A stretch of DNA of 64,000 nucleotides, from the NCBI GenBank assembly GCA_965218585.1, contig CBDCLE010000004.1:143006-207005 (forward strand), in the 5' to 3' direction. Within the stretch, counting starts at the first letter, position 1. Every line of letters starts with the position of its first letter. Positions 59,321 through 64,000 of the stretch are shown in pieces. A program made the translations under genes and the position numbers. Source of the stretch: Terriglobia bacterium (GTDB lineage: Bacteria > Acidobacteriota > Terriglobia > 20CM-2-55-15). The notes beneath the pieces are model-generated. The model made no database searches. It was not told the origin of the DNA and saw only the letters and a program-made list of their open reading frames with translations.

Positions 59321-59360
59321 GGTCAAGTCCTCGCAAACGACCTTGTCGGAAGTTGAGAAT
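59321..59360 (-). repeat. Array palindrome, inverted subtype, at the upstream boundary
   Basis: Reverse complement ATTCTCAACTTCCGACAAGGTCGTTTGCGAGGACTTGACC. Confidence 0.85.
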
Positions 59361-59362
59361 CA

Positions 59363-60870
<1,508 letters not shown>

Positions 60871-61014
60871 CCCCCGCCTTCGGAACGGCAGCGTGAACTC
60901 ATCATCCTGAATGTTGCACATCATCCTGGAATGGTTCTTATACTCCCGCCAGAGCCTGCCAGCTTCTTGATCATCCAGCACGAAGCAACGCCCGAGGTAC
61001 ATTCCATCTCTAAT

Positions 61015-63318
61015 TCACGAATTTCCAGGTGCTGGCATGTGGAGATGCCACCACGCTTCAGCCCCCTCATGGGTCCATAGTTCATCTAACGCGACCTCGT
61101 CAAGAAGCTGCCAAAGCTCATCCGCAGAGTGGGGTCGATTGGCCGGCGATTTTTCGAGACAGTTCACTACAATGTCGTCGAGACCCTTCGGTATTCTTGT
61201 TTCGGCCAAAAACGACGGGGGCTCCGGAAGGGTATTGGCGTGATGCATCATCATCTTCATAGGGTTGTCTGACTCGAAGACCAACACACCCGTCAGCATC
61301 CAATAGGCTACGCAACCAAGAGCGTAAAGATCGGCTCTTCCATCAATCACCTTCTCACCAAGAATCAGTTCCGGTGCCATATAAGCCGGAGTTCCGGCGA
61401 TCTCGCCCGAACCCGTGATCATACTTTCCTTGCCACCAATCGCCGGTTTGACGATACCGAAATCGAGAACCTTGAGGAAATCGTATTCCCGTCCCATTCG
61501 ACAAACGAAGAGGTTGGCGGGTTTGATATCCCGATGGACGAGTCCTGCGGCGTGGGCCTCGCTCAACGAGCGGCAAGACTGTTTCAACAGCATGACTGCA
61601 CGCTCGGGTGCCAAAGGGCCGAAACGCTCCACCATCGACTGTAGATCGATTCCATCCAATAGCTCCATGACGAAGTAGAAAGAACCAACCTCATTGATTC
61701 CAAAGTCATAAAGTCGGACGGTATTTGGGGAACTCAGGTTGGCGGTCGTCTGAGCCTCACACTGGAAACGCTTTACGATCGAGTTCCGCCGTTGAGCATC
61801 CCCAAGAGCCTCGGGGCGAATCACCTTGACCGCGGCAGGCCGTGCAAGCAGCTGATGCTTTGCCAGCCAGACTTCACCCATGCCACCGGCACCCAGTTTC
61901 TCAACGAGTCGATAACGGTCTAGTATTACTCCTCCCTGGAGGAACGACTCATCGATCTCCAACAGAGGGGCTTCAGTGCCCACGATAACTCGCTCGATCA
62001 CGTTATCGAGCTCCCTGATGTTGCCTGGCCAGCGATAGACCTCCAGGCGCTTCATCGATTCGTCTGTAAAGCCGTCTACAGTTTTGCCTAACCGACGTGC
62101 ATGCTGCTTTACGAAGTATCCCACTAATATTCGGATGTCCTCTCGTCGTTCCGCCAGTGCGGGCACGGTGAGCTGCCCGTGGCTGAGAATTTGATGTAAA
62201 GCAGGATTGAAACCCAACCCCTGGCTCTCAGCAGCAAGATCACGCGACGTGGACGCAATCACTCGCACGTCGACACTAGGCTTTTGCCCCGCCTCTCGCT
62301 GGCACTGCAGTTCCCGGAGTACTTCGGTTAGTTGTTTTTGCGTGGCAGAGGGAAGCTCGCTGACACCGTCGAGATACACGGTACCACCATCGGCAAGACC
62401 GAACCTCCCACCTTTTGACAGTGTGCTCGATTCGGCATTGGGAGGCACCGACTCCAATAGGCTCCAGTGTCCGCTCGTTTGCAGAACAGCACACGGCACA
62501 TGGATGAAAGCCCGTTTCGCACGGTAAGACTGGTGGTGGATCGCTCTAGCGACGGCCTCATGACCCGCACCGCGAGGACCCGTGACGAGTAGTGGCCCAT
62601 CTGTCTCGGCATACCGTGTGACCGCTTCCCTGAGTCCTCTAACGGCAGGCTCTCTCCAAGCAGCGGACCTTCTACTCGTTCTTTAGCCTCCTCCAGCAGA
62701 GCCTGGGCGACCTTGAGTTCATGTTCACGGTCTTCCAGTGCTCGATTCAGATAGATATAGAACAGCAATACGACGACGACGAAGAAGAAAATAGTGGATG
62801 TAGTTGAAGCGATGTGCAATCCCGTCTGGATATTTTCCGACGCGCCAACGAGAAGGGAAGACGTAAACGAACCATACTCTGTGAAGCCGAACATGGAAAC
62901 CGCTACCAGAGACAGCACGAATATCCAGGGTTTATCCTTCCGCTGTAGAAGGAGAAAGCTGAACGTCGGAATGAGAAAGAGGAAATAATGGCCGCCGGAG
63001 CCAGGGACCAAGAAACACATTGGCTATTACGGTCAGATGAACTGTCGCCGTACCAAGAAGGAGAACAGAAGCGAGTCTGCTGAATCGTTTCTGATTGAGC
63101 CACAACACACTGAGATAGACCAAGCAGAAGACGGTATTGAGCAGAATCAGCTGCCACCATCCCTGTAGCGCATAAAACGCCGAGTAACCAACGGTGAAGA
63201 ATACTGCCAGGAGGCTAACGATATTGGTCAACCGGATACGACGACTTTCATGGGCCGAATAGCTTTCAGCCCCAGTACGCGTCAGTTTGTCAACAGTGTG
63301 GGTAATGAGCGCTCTCAC
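61015..63318 (-). pseudogene. Membrane domain + degenerate sigma54-type AAA+ + Ser/Thr kinase fusion, two frameshifts
   Basis: Hydrophobic N-terminus (62932-63318, 62328-63020); LADGGT, RVIAST, WPGNIREL; kinase GAGGMG, HRDIKPAN, DFG, YMAPE. Confidence 0.82.
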
Positions 63319-63384
63319 GATTGTCTTACCCCTATTTGTGGAAACTGCTCAGCTGTTACTCTTAGGCGGGTACACTTCGCCCAT

Positions 63385-63612
63385 GAGGTCGTTCCAATCG
63401 GTGTGTAAAAAGAGAAGGCGGTGTACGCTTTCGGTGAATCCGAAACCCTAAGCAATCCCGGCAGCAACCGGGAGAAAGGTACACCACCCATGAAGAAGAA
63501 GAACATACCGGCATCAGTGGCGTCAACGAACGCGTATGAAGGTTTGGAGGACTGGGCGCGGTCCCGGGTCCGAGTCTGGCTACAGGAGCTGCTTGAGGAC
63601 GAAGTCACGGCG
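63385..63612 (+). mobile_element. IS256-family left-end remnant
   Basis: GAGGTCGTTCCAATCGGTGTGTAAAA end; LEDWARSRVRVWLQELLEDEVT, then truncated. Confidence 0.55.
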
Positions 63613-64000
63613 ACCCACCTTACGTGCATTTTGGATTCGTCTCATTCTCTATTTCGAAAGGGTCAAATTCCGAGTTTCCTTGCTTGGTCGGATTGAAATC
63701 AGAATGAATATTTACAGGGTTTTCTCCTAAGACGACGTATTAGGAAGTAAGGGGTGTAAAATCATTTCGGGCAGGATCCAAACGCGATTGGGAGCAGGAG
63801 GCTCTGGTGAGCTGTGTGGGTTGTCATTCGGAAAATGTCAGGCGCTCACACCGCCGTCTCTGGGAGCGATTGCTTAGTCTTGTTATCTTGCCGTATCGGT
63901 GTCGCGACTGTGGAAATCGGTTTTACCGACTTCGGCTTGTCAACCGGCACTAGGTCTTGTATGCCGCGGGCAGGAGGGGGGTGTGCGATGAGCGAAACGA

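Noticed and set aside
43612-59360. CRISPR array
   Set aside because: Intervals are 0.4-2.9 kb and contain genes; no cas genes.
43612-59360. Canonical integron/CALIN
   Set aside because: Sites are ~40 bp, lack room for separate L boxes, and several lack the terminal GTT; no intI in the window. Not fully excluded without a covariance-model search.

Overview
About 60% GC bacterial DNA. The gene content (three DUF6152-like proteins, a TonB-barrel protein, amidohydrolases, cyclase) suggests Acidobacteriota; this is inference. There are two zones. (1) 1-38.5 kb is an IS-riddled, decaying defence island: DUF2791-like ATPase plus Lhr-type helicase, OLD-family ATPase/TOPRIM nuclease, SIR2 remnant, MazEF-type pair, type III R-M with an IS3-split Mod gene, and a DUF4238 gene. 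It also holds many IS3, IS110/IS1111, IS1182, IS701, IS21, IS256 and Tn3 pieces and several deletion-made chimeric ORFs. (2) 40.3-59.4 kb is a mostly co-oriented run of short gene modules separated by a recurring ~40-bp imperfect palindrome (consensus TTCTCAACGTCCGAGAAGATGATTT...AGGACTTGACC or ...AGGCGTTGAGAA; 11 direct copies, 2 inverted). Six copies carry the 3' tip of a protein gene (NWFEELKERVPVP*), which I recognise as the usual C-terminus of acidobacterial Ser/Thr kinase-propeller proteins. This cassette-like array, with non-attC sites and apparent arm-swapped hybrids, is the main candidate for an undescribed system. No cognate recombinase is visible in the window. No rRNA, tRNA or CRISPR was seen. 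Some frameshifts lie in homopolymers and may be sequencing errors. All family calls are from motif recognition by eye, not database searches.
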